Part shown: positions 36,559 to 49,128 of the stretch, piece after piece | Position numbering within the stretch: the stretch's first letter is position 1 | Layout of the letters: every line of letters begins with the position of its first letter | Source: Carcharhinus amblyrhynchos | Lineage: Eukaryota | Assembly (NCBI GenBank): GCA_965287045.1 | Contig: OZ336870.1 | Coordinates: 121,520,001-121,584,000 of the forward strand | Direction of reading: 5' to 3' | Length of the DNA stretch: 64,000 nucleotides | Translations under genes and position numbers: made by a program | Notes under the pieces: model-generated | Database searches by the model: none | Told to the model about the DNA's origin: nothing | Seen by the model: the letters and a program-made list of their open reading frames with translations, nothing else

Positions 36559-37239
36559 AAGGAAATTAGGTAAAGCTCTCGAGGCTAAAAGGATCAAGGG
36601 ATAATAGGGGAAGGGGAGATTGCTTTTGATGATCAAATATGATCATAATAAATGGCAGAGCAGTTTTGAAGGGCCGAATGGCCCCCTTCTGCTTCTAGTC
36701 TTAATGGGAGCTTAGGTGTGAAATGGTGTACTGGGATCTTTGCAGTAAGGGCTTGCCTTGAATGGTGTTGGAGATAGAGTTGGAAAGAAAAAAAAATGCA
36801 TGTATGCAACAGCATTCACATCTTCAGGATAGCCTGACGAAAATTCAGAGACAATTAATGACTTTGACAATGCGTTTAGAAAGCCACTGAAAATGTGTGC
36901 GATCAGGAGCTTGCAAATTAGGTGAGGGACTAGCAAATCTGTTTTGCTGCCATTGGTTGGCAGATGAATGCTGGCCAATAATCAAGTGAGTTTTCTCCTC
37001 TTCAAAATAATACTGTCAAGTCCTTTCAGGCATGCATAAAAGATTTGCAGATAATAGAAATATTCCTACAACAAAATATATTATAGGAAGTAATAATAAT
37101 ATGCCTATTAAAAAACAAGCTTGTGATTAAAATTTTAAAAAGCTTTAAATTGCCTGAAATGCAATGTAGAGAATATCAGCAAACAAAACAGGTTAACAAC
37201 TGTGCAAAATATGCCATCCAGGCATTCTTACAGGGCAGG

Positions 37240-37485
37240 GACATCTACCCAAACAATGCAGAACAAATTCAAGTCGCGTGAGAAATAAAGCAAATGAATT
37301 AGAAGATACAAAAGGGGCTGATGCCCTTTAGGAATTACAAAGGACTGGCTACAAACTAGAATGATTTGTGAGATAAGTATTCCAAGGATATCATATATTT
37401 AGAAACCAAAGGCAGATTGGGGAAACAGGAGGAGTAACACATTTGGTCAACACACAATTGCAGCAATAGAAAGAAAGATCTTCAA
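37240..37485 (+). mobile_element. Decayed CR1 ORF2 APE-endonuclease N-terminal fragment
   Basis: Frameshifted VRNKANELE, GIT..WLQ, IP.GYHIFR, GGGV-like and AIERKD motifs. Confidence 0.6.
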
Positions 37486-37559
37486 TCCGGATGGCCTAGC
37501 ATAAAGCATAAAATCCACAGACAACAACGTGAACTCAGCATTAAGTAGAACAATCGGGG

Positions 37560-39410
37560 TAAAATAACAACAATCACATGCATTTTATAGCACCTTTAAT
37601 TTAATAAAACATAATAAATTGTTAGAGCTGATGACCAAAAGCTTGGTGGACGAGATAGGTTTAAAGAAGTGTCTGAAAGGAGGACCAACAGTTAGAAAGG
37701 CACAGAGGATTAAGGAGGGAATTCCAGAGCTTAGGGTTGAGACAGTTCAAAGCATAGCCACCAAAGGTGGAGATATTCAAATTAGGAGTGATCAGAAGGA
37801 GATTTGCAAATATTTTGAAGGATTGGAGAGCTGAAGGTGAATACAGAGATAGAAGGCAGGATATGAAAGCCTCACTCAAGTGAGACTGAAAATTCCCACC
37901 TTGGAGTTAATGGACATTTCTGTTATCCGCCCCTCACCTGCTCCAATTCCATGGCAGGCGGTAGAATTCCAATGAGAGTGGGCTGAGACTTTGGAGACGT
38001 TTGAAAGCAATGATGAACATTTTAAAATCGAGGTATTGCCTAATTGGGAGACAATTCTGGTCAATAAGCAACAGGAGTGATAGGTGAAGAAGGTGCAGTG
38101 CATGTAAGGCCCTGGGCATCAGAAATTTGAATAACCGGAATATTTGGAAGGATAGAATGTGGGAGGCTGATCTGCAGTGCATTGAGATATACAATATGCT
38201 AACAAAGGCACAGATGTGGGTTTAAACAGCAGACGAGCTGAGGCAGGAACCGAGTCGAGCAATGTTATGGAGTTAGAAACATGTGGTCTTAGTGATGATG
38301 TGGATATGTGGTCAGAAATACATGCTAGAATTGCAAGATTGCAAACAGTGTGCCTCAGCCTCAGAGAGTTGCCAGGGAGAAGTTGGAAGTTGATGGCGAG
38401 AGACCTGAATTGTGAAGGGAACCAAAGACAAGGACCCGGATTTTCACAAAGCCATAAAGAATCTGGTGCCACCTAAAAATTGCAGCCAGAACCCAATTCC
38501 AGGATGTCTGCCACCCTTAGTTTTCAATGGCATGGAATAAGGGTGTGGGTAGTGATCCCACACCTTGTACCTTCCAACTTGGCCAGCTCTACAGTGGGGG
38601 TAGGCATCTCCTCACAGCACACAATGTTCATGGAGTCAGTCCATGTTTTCCGTGACTTATGGCTTAGAGGATTCATAAATAATAGTCTAAATTGGGGAAC
38701 GTTTTGAAAGATGAGGTCAAAAGGTTTTACCCTTGCCTTATCCCCATTTGGACACCAGCCAAGAGTGCATTGGAATATTCAAGTTTAGAGGTAACAATCG
38801 CATTAATGAGGATTTCAGAGGTGGATGAGCTGAGGCAGAGGCAAAATAAGATGATGTAATGTTATAATGTAGCCAATGGTAGATGACATGCTGACCAGCT
38901 GACCAGTAGACAATGTAGCCAACGGCAAAATAATGTTGTAGTTAGCTGACCAGTATAAATAAAAAGCAGATGGGAATTATGTGGAGCCGGTGTGGCCAAG
39001 GATGTGGCCTGAGTGTTGGGGTAATGAAGTTTTTAATTAAATCTTTTTCCTTGATTTACTTGAAAAAGTTAGTTCTTTCATTGCTTGCAACTGAAGATCC
39101 TCACTGCTGGATAAATATGTAACAGAGGTGGAAGTAAGCAGTACTGGTGTGGGTAGGTGATCAGAAGCTCATTTCAGGGTCAATTTTGACACAAAGGTTG
39201 TGAACATAACGATATAATCTCAGACTGTTGCCGGGGAGAGCGATAGAATTGGTAGCTCAGAAACAGAGTTTGGAGCGAGGACTGAAAACAATGGTTTTGC
39301 TCTTCCCGTGATTTAACTTGAGGAAATTTCAGTACTTGATGTCTGAGAAGACATCAAATAGATTAGCAACAGTGGGGGAGTTAAGAGAGGTAGGGAGATG
39401 GTAAAGCTAG
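37560..39410 (-). mobile_element. Old L2-type LINE 3' region with nested insertions
   Basis: LDFKMFII.FK.L..L.P and GGYALNCL.PKLWNSL motifs (ORFs 37876-38103, 37661-37879). AACAACAA..TGCATTTTATAGCACCTTT tail on +. Interrupted near 37880-37975, 38430-38780 and 38860-39116. Confidence 0.75.
38860..39116 (+). mobile_element. Short solo-LTR-like insertion
   Basis: Begins TGTTATA. Internal direct repeats (AATGTAGCCAA x2, GCTGACCAG x3) and TATAAAT. Flanked by ATGTAA (38854-38859, 39117-39122). Interrupts the L2 sequence. Confidence 0.55.
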
Positions 39411-40852
39411 ATGCAGACCAAACCTACCAGAGTTTTGGGTTTAAAAATCCGCAGATGTTGCTAAGCCCGCCAGGTTTTTCCAGCATTTTCTGCCTTTGTT
39501 CCCGATTTCTAGCCTTCCAGCAGTCATTGGCTGGGATTTACCTTTTCCACTGCAGGATTTTATCCTGGGCCTTGTTCATTCGCATTGCTGCTTTTTGCGA
39601 TCACTGTAATCCATTTGCCCCTCTAGCCCATTTAGGGTCTTATCTTCCAAGAGTTCAGAAAAGTGGATCACGATGAAGTATAATGTATAAAAATTATATT
39701 CCATTTTCACTTCCAGTAAGTCAGCAGAAGTGCTCAACTTACTCAATTCACAGGCAGATTAGAGAGAATCAACTCAAACCAGAAAGACAAGCATCAGAAA
39801 CTGAAGAACTGTAGTTGCATTGTTAATCGAGGTTCTATATTCACCTTACTGAATTAGACTTATGATAATTAGCACCAGGCCTTTAAGTGCAGTGAAATAC
39901 CCCTGGCACATGCCAGGGAGCTGAGCCAGGAAGAAATAAAGACAAACCTGCACAACAGTGGCAGGCAGTAATGCACCACATAAACTCCAGAGGGAAGTCA
40001 ATCAACAAATGGCCAGGCTAACTACTGATAAATAAGCTTAATAGATCATATAACAGCCTCAAACCCTACATTATTGGCTAGACTCTAAGTATAACCCAAC
40101 TGCAAATGGGACATTTTCTCAGTCATCATTTAAGTGTATACTTGCAATGTCTGTGTCTGACTCTGTTTTCGATAAATCTGGTGAGAAGCGATGAACTCAT
40201 TTCACCCAATAATTCAGGACATATCTAAATGAATCTGGATTTGTATGTGAGGTGATTCGCACAAAAGCTGGACAGGTATCTTTTCGAAAGGGTACATATA
40301 TTTGTTCAATTGAATTCAATTAGACCACACGAGGAGTACTATGAGCAGCTCTGGTTTACATATTATCAAAAAGAGTATGGTGGCATTGGAGAAAATGCAA
40401 AAAAAAATTTCCTCAGGTGATAGCAGGCCTAAGAGCTTATCCTGTCAGGAAGGATGGAATGAGGATTCTTCAGACTTCTTCACTCTAGTCTGCATTCACA
40501 GGAAGAGAAAGACCAGGGATTGATCCAACACTTCTGAAGTATTTACCAAATATCAGAAGTTCGGCGTGAACATTCCTCTCTCATTTCCTTTGAGCTGAAG
40601 ATCCTGTCGACAATTTCATGGGAGGCCTTTTCATTAACTGAAAGACAATGCCTGAAACGTTGGTTTGATTGTGTTTTCTCTTACAAGCCCTGACTAACCT
40701 GTACTATATTTTTAAATTTTCTTTTAAAAAGCACAACATTAAAAGGTTTCATGTTACTTTTTATCATTAAGATTTATTTCTTCAGCAAACCTAACTCATG
40801 CAAGCTTAATGATCTTAAAAAAATACACTATTTTGTGTGCCATTGAAAGCTT

Positions 40853-41750
40853 TCATAGAATCATAGAATCTATGGAACGGAGACAGGCCCTGCAGCCCAA
40901 ACTTGTCCATACCGACCAAAAAGCCTACCTACGCTAACCCCATTTGCCTGCATTTGGCCCATTTCCCTCTAAATCCTTCCTATCTGTGTATCTGTCCAAA
41001 TGCCTTTTAAATGTTGTCAATGTCCCTGCCTCAACCACTTCCTCCAGTAGTCCATTCCACATAAATACTACCCTCTGTGTAAAAAAGTTGCTCCTCAGTT
41101 CCCATTACTTTTTTCCCCTCTTAACTTAAACCTATGCTCTCTAGTTCATGATTCTTCAACCCTGGGAAAACACTGAGTGCATTCACCCTATCCATGCTTC
41201 TCATGATCTTATTCACATCTATAAGATCACCCCTCAGTCTCCTACGCCCCAAAGAGAAAAGTCCTAGCCTGTCCAATCTCTTCCTATAACTCAGTCCCTT
41301 GAGTCCTGGCAACATCTTTGTAAATCTCTTCTACGCTCTCTCAAGTTTAATAACATCTTCCCTACAGCAAGGCAACTAAAACTGAACACAATACTCCAGG
41401 TGCAGCCTCACCAATGTCCTGTACAACTGCAACATAACTTCCAAACTTCTATACTCAATATCCTGACTGATGAAAGCCAGCATGCCAAAAGCCTTCTTCG
41501 CTGCCCTATCTTCCTGTGACCCCATCTTTAGAGAACTGTGCGTCTAAACTCCAAGGTCCCTCTGTTTCATGATACTCCCTAAGTTCCTACCATTCACAGT
41601 GAAGGTCCTATTTTGATTTGACTTTCCAAAATGTAACACCTCACATTTATCTGTATTAAATTCCATTTACTATTTCTCGGCCCACTTCCCCAGCTGATCA
41701 AGATCCTGCTGCAATTTTTGATAACCTTTCTCACTGCTTACAATACCATC
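40853..41750 (-). mobile_element. CR1 3' fragment
   Basis: MLPGLKGLSYRKRLDRLGLFSLGRRRLRGDLI (ORF 41121-41315) and (CATAGAAT)2 tail. Confidence 0.93.
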
Positions 41751-41911
41751 TTCTTTGACATAATTAATTATTGACCTGTCAGCGTTGAATTTCCCTTTGA
41801 ATGAACTTTGGGTACATCCAGCTGGCACAATGCCACTCCATTCAGGGGATTCAACCTGAATGACATCAGTTCAATGGGTTGCAGGCACATTTCGAGCAGT
41901 ATGGGGCACCC

Positions 41912-42113
41912 CTGATAGAAACAAAATACTGCAGGTACTGGAATCTGAAACAAAAATAGAAACTGCTGGAAAATCTCAGCAGACCTGAAAGAATCTGTGA
42001 AGAGAGAATAGAGCCAATGTTTTGAGTCAGGGTGACCCTTCAATATTGGCTCTATTCTCTCTCCACAGATGCTGTCAGGGCTGCTGAGACTTTCCAGCAT
42101 TTTCTGTTTTTGT
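41912..42113. mobile_element. Palindromic Penelope pLTR remnant with a 10-bp TSD
   Basis: About 73-bp inverted arms (41949-42022 / 42042-42113) made of the same terminus as 24080-24200. TGGGGCACCC at 41902-41911 and 42114-42123. Confidence 0.85.
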
Positions 42114-43982
42114 TGGGGCACCCTCTGCTTTGGCTGCTACAATACTGGCTACTATAAGCCTGCCTCTAGCCTTAGGTTTGTGGGAGGGAACCACTCTGAT
42201 CTCTGGAGCAAGGAGGGAAGTCAGAGAGGCCCAATTGTCGGCATTGGAGGAGCAGTTTTGTATATAATAGGAAACATATCCATCAGGCTCCCCTTCATGC
42301 CAGCTGCCAATTGTACTGGGTAAAGCAAGCATGACATGCTCAGTGCAATCCTAAACTAGCATCATTATTATATTGACATCGTAAGACCTGAACTTCAGTG
42401 TCTAAATCAGCTCAGCGCCCTCTTCAGGCCTCCTATAAGGAGGACCCACAGCAAGATGGAAATTATCACAACAGCAGGAGCAGGGCAATAACTGATTCCA
42501 TGCATTTTTCAGAGCGTGACTGCCTCATTTCCATCGGGTGAGCCCTTAAAAATTAAGCCAATGATATAATAAATCCATAACTGTTAGCCTAATCGCAAAA
42601 GTGTGATGTGCATGAGAAAGCCTTATTGAAATTTTCATATCAGCAGTGGAGAAAATTTTATGCATTTCAGTCCAGGTCCATGTGAGATACCACCAGATCC
42701 TCTCAGTTTCATTAAACCATTAGAAATCCATGTTAACACTGTGACAAAGTGAATATGGGAACTAGTTGGAATGTATTGGATTTCACTGATAGTAATACTA
42801 TACTGGAATTAAAGATTTGAAGCTCTGTTTTCTGTGATTGCTATGATAACATGCTTCTAAAATACAGTGTGATTTTTACTTACAGACAAGAAGGCATAAA
42901 TCCCCCATGAAACCACTTTCCGTATTCCTCCATGACTTTAGTCGAACTTAATAACTAACAAGAATATGAAAATAGGTTGTAAAAATCCCATGTGCAATAA
43001 AAGCTTAACAGGTCTGCATACTTTATGAAAGTTTGATACTTTTTTAATATAAAGGCAAAAATTCATTACTACCTAGTCACTCTGATTGTATGTTTTCCAT
43101 GTGTATTTTTGGGGTTTAATCATTTGGTAAGGACTGTAAAGGAAAATTAATGCTATCACATGGTTTAGGTTTCACATTTCCAAATGTCAAAATCTTTGAG
43201 ATTCGGATAGAGCTTTGAAAGGGAAAAGGAAAGGAACCTGGAAGGTAAAAAAAACTCTGTAAAGTTTGTAGGTCTCAGACCTGTGAGGATACATGAAACT
43301 CATTTGACCATTTCCATTCCAGGAACATACTTCATCTTCGGCCTATTCTATAACTGACCAATAATGGAATCAGATGAAATGACACCACAATCAGTATGGA
43401 AGAAAGTGGCTTGCTTGAGTCCTGTGTCTGTGAGATAGACACTTTGGCAAAATGTGTTCAATTTTTGCTCAGCATTTATCTAAAGCTGCTACTCAAATGA
43501 TTACATTCTGTGCCAGTTCACACTGATATTATGGTGGACAATGTTATCATACAAATGGGGATTTGATACAAATCATACTATTTAAATGGAGCTATTTGTC
43601 CATAAAATGTATTTATTAATATTTATTAAAATAAAGTCCATAAAATAAATGGGATCATGTCCTGGTTAAAAAGCAGAGCGTTCGATGCAAACTCATTAAG
43701 CACTTGTGCCTTAATATTGCTCACAGAATTTTTCAGCCTTAAATCATTATGAACTCAAATTACCTTAAACCATTATGCAGTCGCATTTGCACCTACATAG
43801 TTGTCAAATGAAAGTTACTTTATGTTTTATTCATTTCAGCACATGCACAGGAATGCACACACAAGTTTACTGATAGCGTATTCTCGGATTTAGATACATT
43901 AGAAATAATGCACAATTGGGCAATCAATCTGAGAAGAAAGTAATAGTGCTGATTCATCGATTGAACTCTATAATTAGCACAA

Positions 43983-44190
43983 TGATGTGCAGTTGTGGTA
44001 ATTGTCCCTTCAAGGGCAACACAGCAGAGTAAGGGTCATCTAGTCTGGGTGACCAATTGGGACTCAGAGGGGGGAATCATCCCAGGGGAAGGAGTTCTCC
44101 TGATGCAGAGATACATTGGAATTAGCTCCAAACGTGCAGCTGACTGGTGCAGAAGGTGAAGTCGCATGGGATCAGAGATGAGCTGGGAAG
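43983..44190. repeat. Left arm of a perfect 208-bp inverted repeat
   Basis: Base-by-base reverse complement of 45463-45670. Confidence 0.97.
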
Positions 44191-44397
44191 ATAATATGAT
44201 AATATGTACTCAATTTCACATCCAGTTGCACTATCCACAAAGAGAAACACTAAGGTTTAGGAATGCACTGGCCTGGTCTTTCAGATTATTGTTGATTTCA
44301 TGAGGAATAGAAAAACAAACACTGCTATAATTATGCACTTTTGGAGACTTCATTTGTAGAACAAAAACCAAATTATTTTTTTACAAGTCATCTACAG

Positions 44398-45511
44398 GAC
44401 AAAGAACAAAGAAAATTACAGCACAGGAACAGGCCCTTCAGCCTTCCAAGCCTGCACCGACCATGCTATCCAACTCAACTAAAACCCCCTACCCTTCCGG
44501 GGACCATATCCCTCCATTCCCATCTTATTCATGTGCTTGTCAAGATGCCCTTTAAAAGTCACTATCGTATCTGCTTCCACTGTCTCCCCCGGCAACAAGC
44601 TCAAGGTACCCACCACTCTCTGTGCAAAAAATCTGCCTCGTACATCTCCTTTAAACCTTGCCCTTCACACCTTAAACGTGTGCCCCCTAGTAATTGATTC
44701 TTCCATCTTGGGAAAAAGCTTCTAACTATCCACTCTGTTTATGCCTCTCAGAATCTTGTAGACTTCTATCAGGTGACCTCACAACCTCCATCACTCCAGT
44801 GAGAACAAATCAAGCTTCTCCAAACTTTCCTCATTGCTGGTATCCTCCACACCAGGCAATATCCTGGTAAAGCTTTTCTGTACCTTCTCCAAAGCCTCCA
44901 CATCTTTCTGGTAGTATGAATTGAACACTATATTCCAAGTGTGGCCTAACTAAAGTTCTATAAAGCTGCAACATGACTTGCCAATTTTTAAACTCAATGC
45001 CCCGGCTGATGAAGGCAAGCATGCCACATGCCTTTTTGACTACCTTCTCCACCTGCATTGCCACTTTCAGTGAGTTGTGTACCTGTACACCCAGATCCCT
45101 TTGCCTATGAATATTCTTAAGGATTCTGCCATTTACTATATATTTCCTATCTGTATTAGATCTTTAAAATGATTACCTTACATTTGCCTGGATTAAACTC
45201 CATCTGTCATCTCTCTGCCTAAGTGTCCTGCTGTATCCTCTGATGGTCCTCATCACATCTGCAATCCACAATCTTTGTGTCATCCGCAAACTTACTAATC
45301 AATCCAGTTACATTTTCCTCCACGTCATTTATATATAGTATAAACAGCAAAGGTCCCAGCATTGATCCCTGAGGAATGCCACTTGTCACAGTCCTCCATT
45401 CAGAAATGCACCCTTCCACTGCTAACCACTGTCTTCTTTGACCGAGCCAGTTTTGTATCCACCTTCCCAGCTCATCTCTGATCCCATGCGACTTCACCTT
45501 CTGCACCAGTC
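44398..45511 (-). mobile_element. Decayed CR1 (RT to 3' end)
   Basis: WIQNWL..RRQ..V.G..S.W..VTSGIPQGSMLGPLLF..YIND......LISKFADDTKI (ORF 45219-45506) and LYRTLVRPHLEY (44831-45064). Multiple frameshifts. (CAAAGAA)n tail. Confidence 0.95.
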
Positions 45512-45670
45512 AGCTGCACGTTTGGAGCTAATTCCAATGTATCTCTGCATCAGGAGAACTCCTTCCCCTGGGATGATTCCCCCCTCTGAGTCCCAATTGG
45601 TCACCCAGACTAGATGACCCTTACTCTGCTGTGTTGCCCTTGAAGGGACAATTACCACAACTGCACATCA
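45463..45670. repeat. Right arm of a perfect 208-bp inverted repeat
   Basis: Reverse complement of 43983-44190. Comprises about 49 bp of CR1 5' end plus about 159 bp of flank. Confidence 0.97.
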
Positions 45671-46311
45671 GATGGACAACTGACTTCCAGACAGAGGCTT
45701 CAACAAGGAAAATTAATATATTCTTTACAACCTATCACAACTGGAACATTGTGCAGAAGAAGGTGTCCATTAAGAAAAGTACCGAGATAAGCAATGAGAA
45801 TGTTGAATATGGTCTTAGATTGTTCGATGTGGATCTATAAATTTGCATTTCTATAAATGGTTATCACTATTAATTACATTGCATTGTTAAAAATTCTTAT
45901 TTACATGTTAACAATGTTCATCTGAATAATTTCAGAAAGAATTTTTAAAATCTGAGTTAGACTATAACTTGCAAAAGTAACATAATGAAGAAGGAAAAGA
46001 ACAGAAATGAACTGTTATAACAGGCTAGGGGAAATAAAATTCCGCTTACTATCAGTTGAAAAAGTTGCTCACCAAGTATTCCTATAGCTAAATGGACCAC
46101 CCATCAGTAACAAAAACAGAAAATGCTGGAGGCACATTGCAGGTCCACAGAGGTAATAGGTAAATTAACATTTGGAAATTGGATCACTCACTGAAGTCAG
46201 AATCAGTTTTTCTGTTAACTTAGGTCAGACGCATGAAAGTGAAGAAAGATTGTGATGTCTGATCACAGCGTACGGTTGGTTGCAAATAGGAAAGTACCTG
46301 TCTTACAAAAG

Positions 46312-46580
46312 AATAGAAGAAATATGGAACAGGAGGAAGCCATTCAGCCCCTCGAGTATATTCTGCCATTTAATAAGACCATGGCTTATCTGATTCTGGT
46401 CCTAACTCCACTTCTCGGCCTGCCATCACCACCACCCACTCCCCGGTGCCACCCACCCATTGATTGACAAGGAAGTTATGACCCTTGACTCACCTGACAA
46501 TCAAAAACCTGTCTAACTCAACCTTGAATACATTCATTGATCCAACCTCCACTACTCTCTGGAGAAGAGAATTCCAATTG
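46312..46580 (-). mobile_element. CR1 3' UTR fragment
   Basis: GGAACAGGAGGAAGCCATTCAGCCCCTCGAG..CCATTTAATAAGACCATGGCT matches the CR1 3' end at 8185-8250. Confidence 0.8.
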
Positions 46581-47427
46581 CCTTGTGAACTCCTCTGAAT
46601 ATTATTTAAACTCATGATTGAAATTTTGCCTGCTGGTATAGGAAAAAAAAATAAATAGCTACCGCACTTGAATTAAATATCATTCAATTTCACAGTTGTT
46701 CTATTTCTGCAAGTGTAACTGGCCTGTTCATAGCATATATGCATTCAACAGTTTTAGCAAATTTACTTCATCCAAACCTAAATTAGATTTAGCACTTTCT
46801 GTAATTGAAAAGCTAATGAGAAACCTGCAAAATATAATTGTTAAATGTGCCGACACTCAACTACGGTTGTGATTATTGTACGAAAAGACGCCTCATTCCA
46901 ACCTTACAAAGGAAGGTGGAGTTACAAGCTGGAAAGAAGCTTGAACTACAAACCTGGCTGCCACAAAGACTGTCTGCAGAATAAATGTTTGGAAACGGGT
47001 AACTTTCATACTTAAGCAAACCATCTCCCTGTTCCACAACTTTCTAACAGCTCTTTCATGTCTTCTTTCATTGATTGTCCTTGCAGATTTAATATTAACG
47101 GCGAAGGAACACAAACATTCCTTCATAGCCATACAGTGTAAGTTTGTAGCACCATCATTATCGAGGTCAAAGTGCTGGCGTTGTAAATGCTGTCCTTGTG
47201 CTTAACGTTGTACTTAGATTGTACTATAGTTAGCACTAAACTATAAACAGAGTGTATATAGAAGTGCTGTTAGGCATTAAGTATTTAAACTGTTGATGCT
47301 GGTAGTTTCCATCAAATTCAGCTCAAGCTTTGTAAAAACATTAGAAATTTAAAGGGTCAATGTCTTCAGTGTAAGTGTAGGAGAAGAGACAGAAAAGGCA
47401 AACGATGGTCTTGACCCCAGTACTTTT

Positions 47428-47597
47428 TCATAGAAGTATAGAATCCCCATTGTGCAGAAAGAGGATATTCGGCCCAATGAGCCTGCTACAATCCCACCCA
47501 GACCTTATCCCTGTAACCCCAAGCATTTACCCTGTTAATTCCTCTGATACTAAGGGGCAATTTAGCACAGCCAACCAACCTAACCTTCACATCTTCG
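47428..47597 (-). mobile_element. HE1-like SINE 3' half
   Basis: TAAGGGGCAATTTAGCACAGCCAACCAACCTAACC core and CATAGAA tail. Confidence 0.8.
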
Positions 47598-47699
47598 AAC
47601 TGTCAAAATATTTCAAAGCATGCTGCGCACAAATTATGTTTTGATGTCTCTAAACTGTTAAGCAAACAGTAATCAATTTCAACATTGAACTTCCTTGGT

Positions 47700-47945
47700 A
47701 CATCTTATGCTTAGCAGTGGAACGTAGGTGTTTGAAACTCCATTGAAGTGTTTGAAGAGGTTCTATCTTGGTGTATAAACAAATGGAGAGAGTACAGAAG
47801 AGATTCACAAGAATGATTCCCGGGATAAAGAACTGCTGCTATGAAGATAGATTGGGAGGTTGGGACTGTTTTACTTGGAGAAAAGAAGGCTGATGGGGTC
47901 ATTAAAGACTCTGAGGGATATGAATAGGGTAAATAGTGAAAAACA
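47700..47945 (+). mobile_element. Old CR1 fragment
   Basis: GGAGAGAGTACAGAAGAGATTCACAAGAATGATTCC (ERVQKRFTRMIP) and YEDRL..LGLF.LEKRRL. Confidence 0.75.
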
Positions 47946-48518
47946 GTCTGCCAACGAGGATGGGATGAATTATGATGGCACTGCCTCTGGCCCTACATCT
48001 GTGAGTATCCTGTTTTAATTGAAGTCTGAAAACAAAATACTCACCTGAAAGCCTGTCTTTGGGTGAATAGACCGATTTGAGATGTTGAGCTATTGCAGGA
48101 CCCCGAGGGATGATGCAGAATGGGCCTAAGTTTGCCGGTATAATTAAGAATTAAGAAATATATATAAAAAAAGAGATAATGACCCTCAAAAGCAAGATCT
48201 GTGATTTTGAGTTTAAGGAAAAGTGAACCTTAAGCTTAAACAAAATAGAGTTGCTGCAAAAAGCAAAAGAAGGAAGAGAGCACAGAGAGCAGTGTTTTAA
48301 GTGAAAAAGAAAAAATGCCCAGGAAACTGCAGTGAGTTCTTCCAAAGTACAGGAAACTGAAGATACTGAGACTGGCAGACTCCCAATAAGAATAGAGCCT
48401 GCGGAGGTTTCTGCGGTGGCAATCGCTGTATTGATGGACTTCCAGCAGAGAGGTTTTGGGGTTTTGAAGGGGGAGAAGTCCCCAACTTGTTTAAAAAAAA
48501 GTTACTAAGTTTTGGAAT

Positions 48519-48820
48519 GGGCAGCATCATGACACAGTGGTTAGCACTGCTGCTTCAAAATGCCAGGGACCCGGGTTCGATTCCTGACGGGTCACCATCT
48601 GTGTAGAGTTTGCACATTCTCCGCATGTCTGCATGGGTTTTCTCCCACAGTCCAAAAATGTGGGGTAGGTGGATTGGCCATACTAAATTGCCCCCTTGGT
48701 GTTAGGGAGACCAGCTAGGGTAAATGGGTTCTGGGAATAGGGCCTGGGTGGGATTGTGGTTATGCAGATTCAATGGGCCAAATGGCCTCATCCTGTACTG
48801 TAGGATTCTTTAGTTCTTTG
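48519..48820 (+). mobile_element. Full-length HE1-like SINE
   Basis: tRNA-like head with B box GGGTTCGATTCC, V-SINE core, and GGGCCAAATGGCCTC..TGTAGGATTCT tail. Confidence 0.9.
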
Positions 48821-49043
48821 AAAACAGCACCCTTTCAACCTCAAAAACATCACATCTCAGTGAAAGCGGTAGATAAATAAACTGGCACATCAAGAGAAGA
48901 GGGGACACAGACTCTCCAAATGGCCTAATGGAGGAAAGGGCTGCAGAGATTTTTGGTTTGCAGCCAGGTTTGTGCTAAAACTGCTGGAAAACTACAGAGA
49001 AAACTGGCAGCTGCTGACAGTTCAGTGAAAAAAAGTGTCAGTC

Positions 49044-49128
49044 TTAAAATGGTAATACATTTAAAGAGGTAATGCATTTTAAAAGGTAATGCATTTCAAG
49101 TAGTTGTACATTTAATATGGCAATGCAC
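49044..49128. repeat. Degenerate 17-bp tandem repeat, 5 units
   Basis: TTAAAATGGTAATACAT / TTAAAGAGGTAATGCAT / TTTAAAAGGTAATGCAT / TTCAAGTAGTTGTACAT / TTAATATGGCAATGCAC. Confidence 0.8.

Noticed and set aside
36100-36636. 178-aa ORF as a host gene
   Set aside because: It is a CR1 fragment fused by chance to the antisense strand of an older CR1.
43983-45670. DNA transposon with 208-bp TIRs
   Set aside because: There is no TSD and no transposase, and the arms include a LINE junction contiguous with the interior CR1.
48045-48125. 81-nt minus-strand exon candidate with a CAG|GTGAGT donor
   Set aside because: The acceptor has a weak pyrimidine tract, the peptide is unrecognised, and it sits among repeat fragments.
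48519-48590. tRNA gene
   Set aside because: The A/B-box sequence is a SINE head continuing into the SINE core, and no full cloverleaf is evident. The same applies to the other copies.
49044-49128. CRISPR-like array
   Set aside because: The units are adjacent degenerate tandem repeats with no unique spacers and no cas genes, in a vertebrate context.
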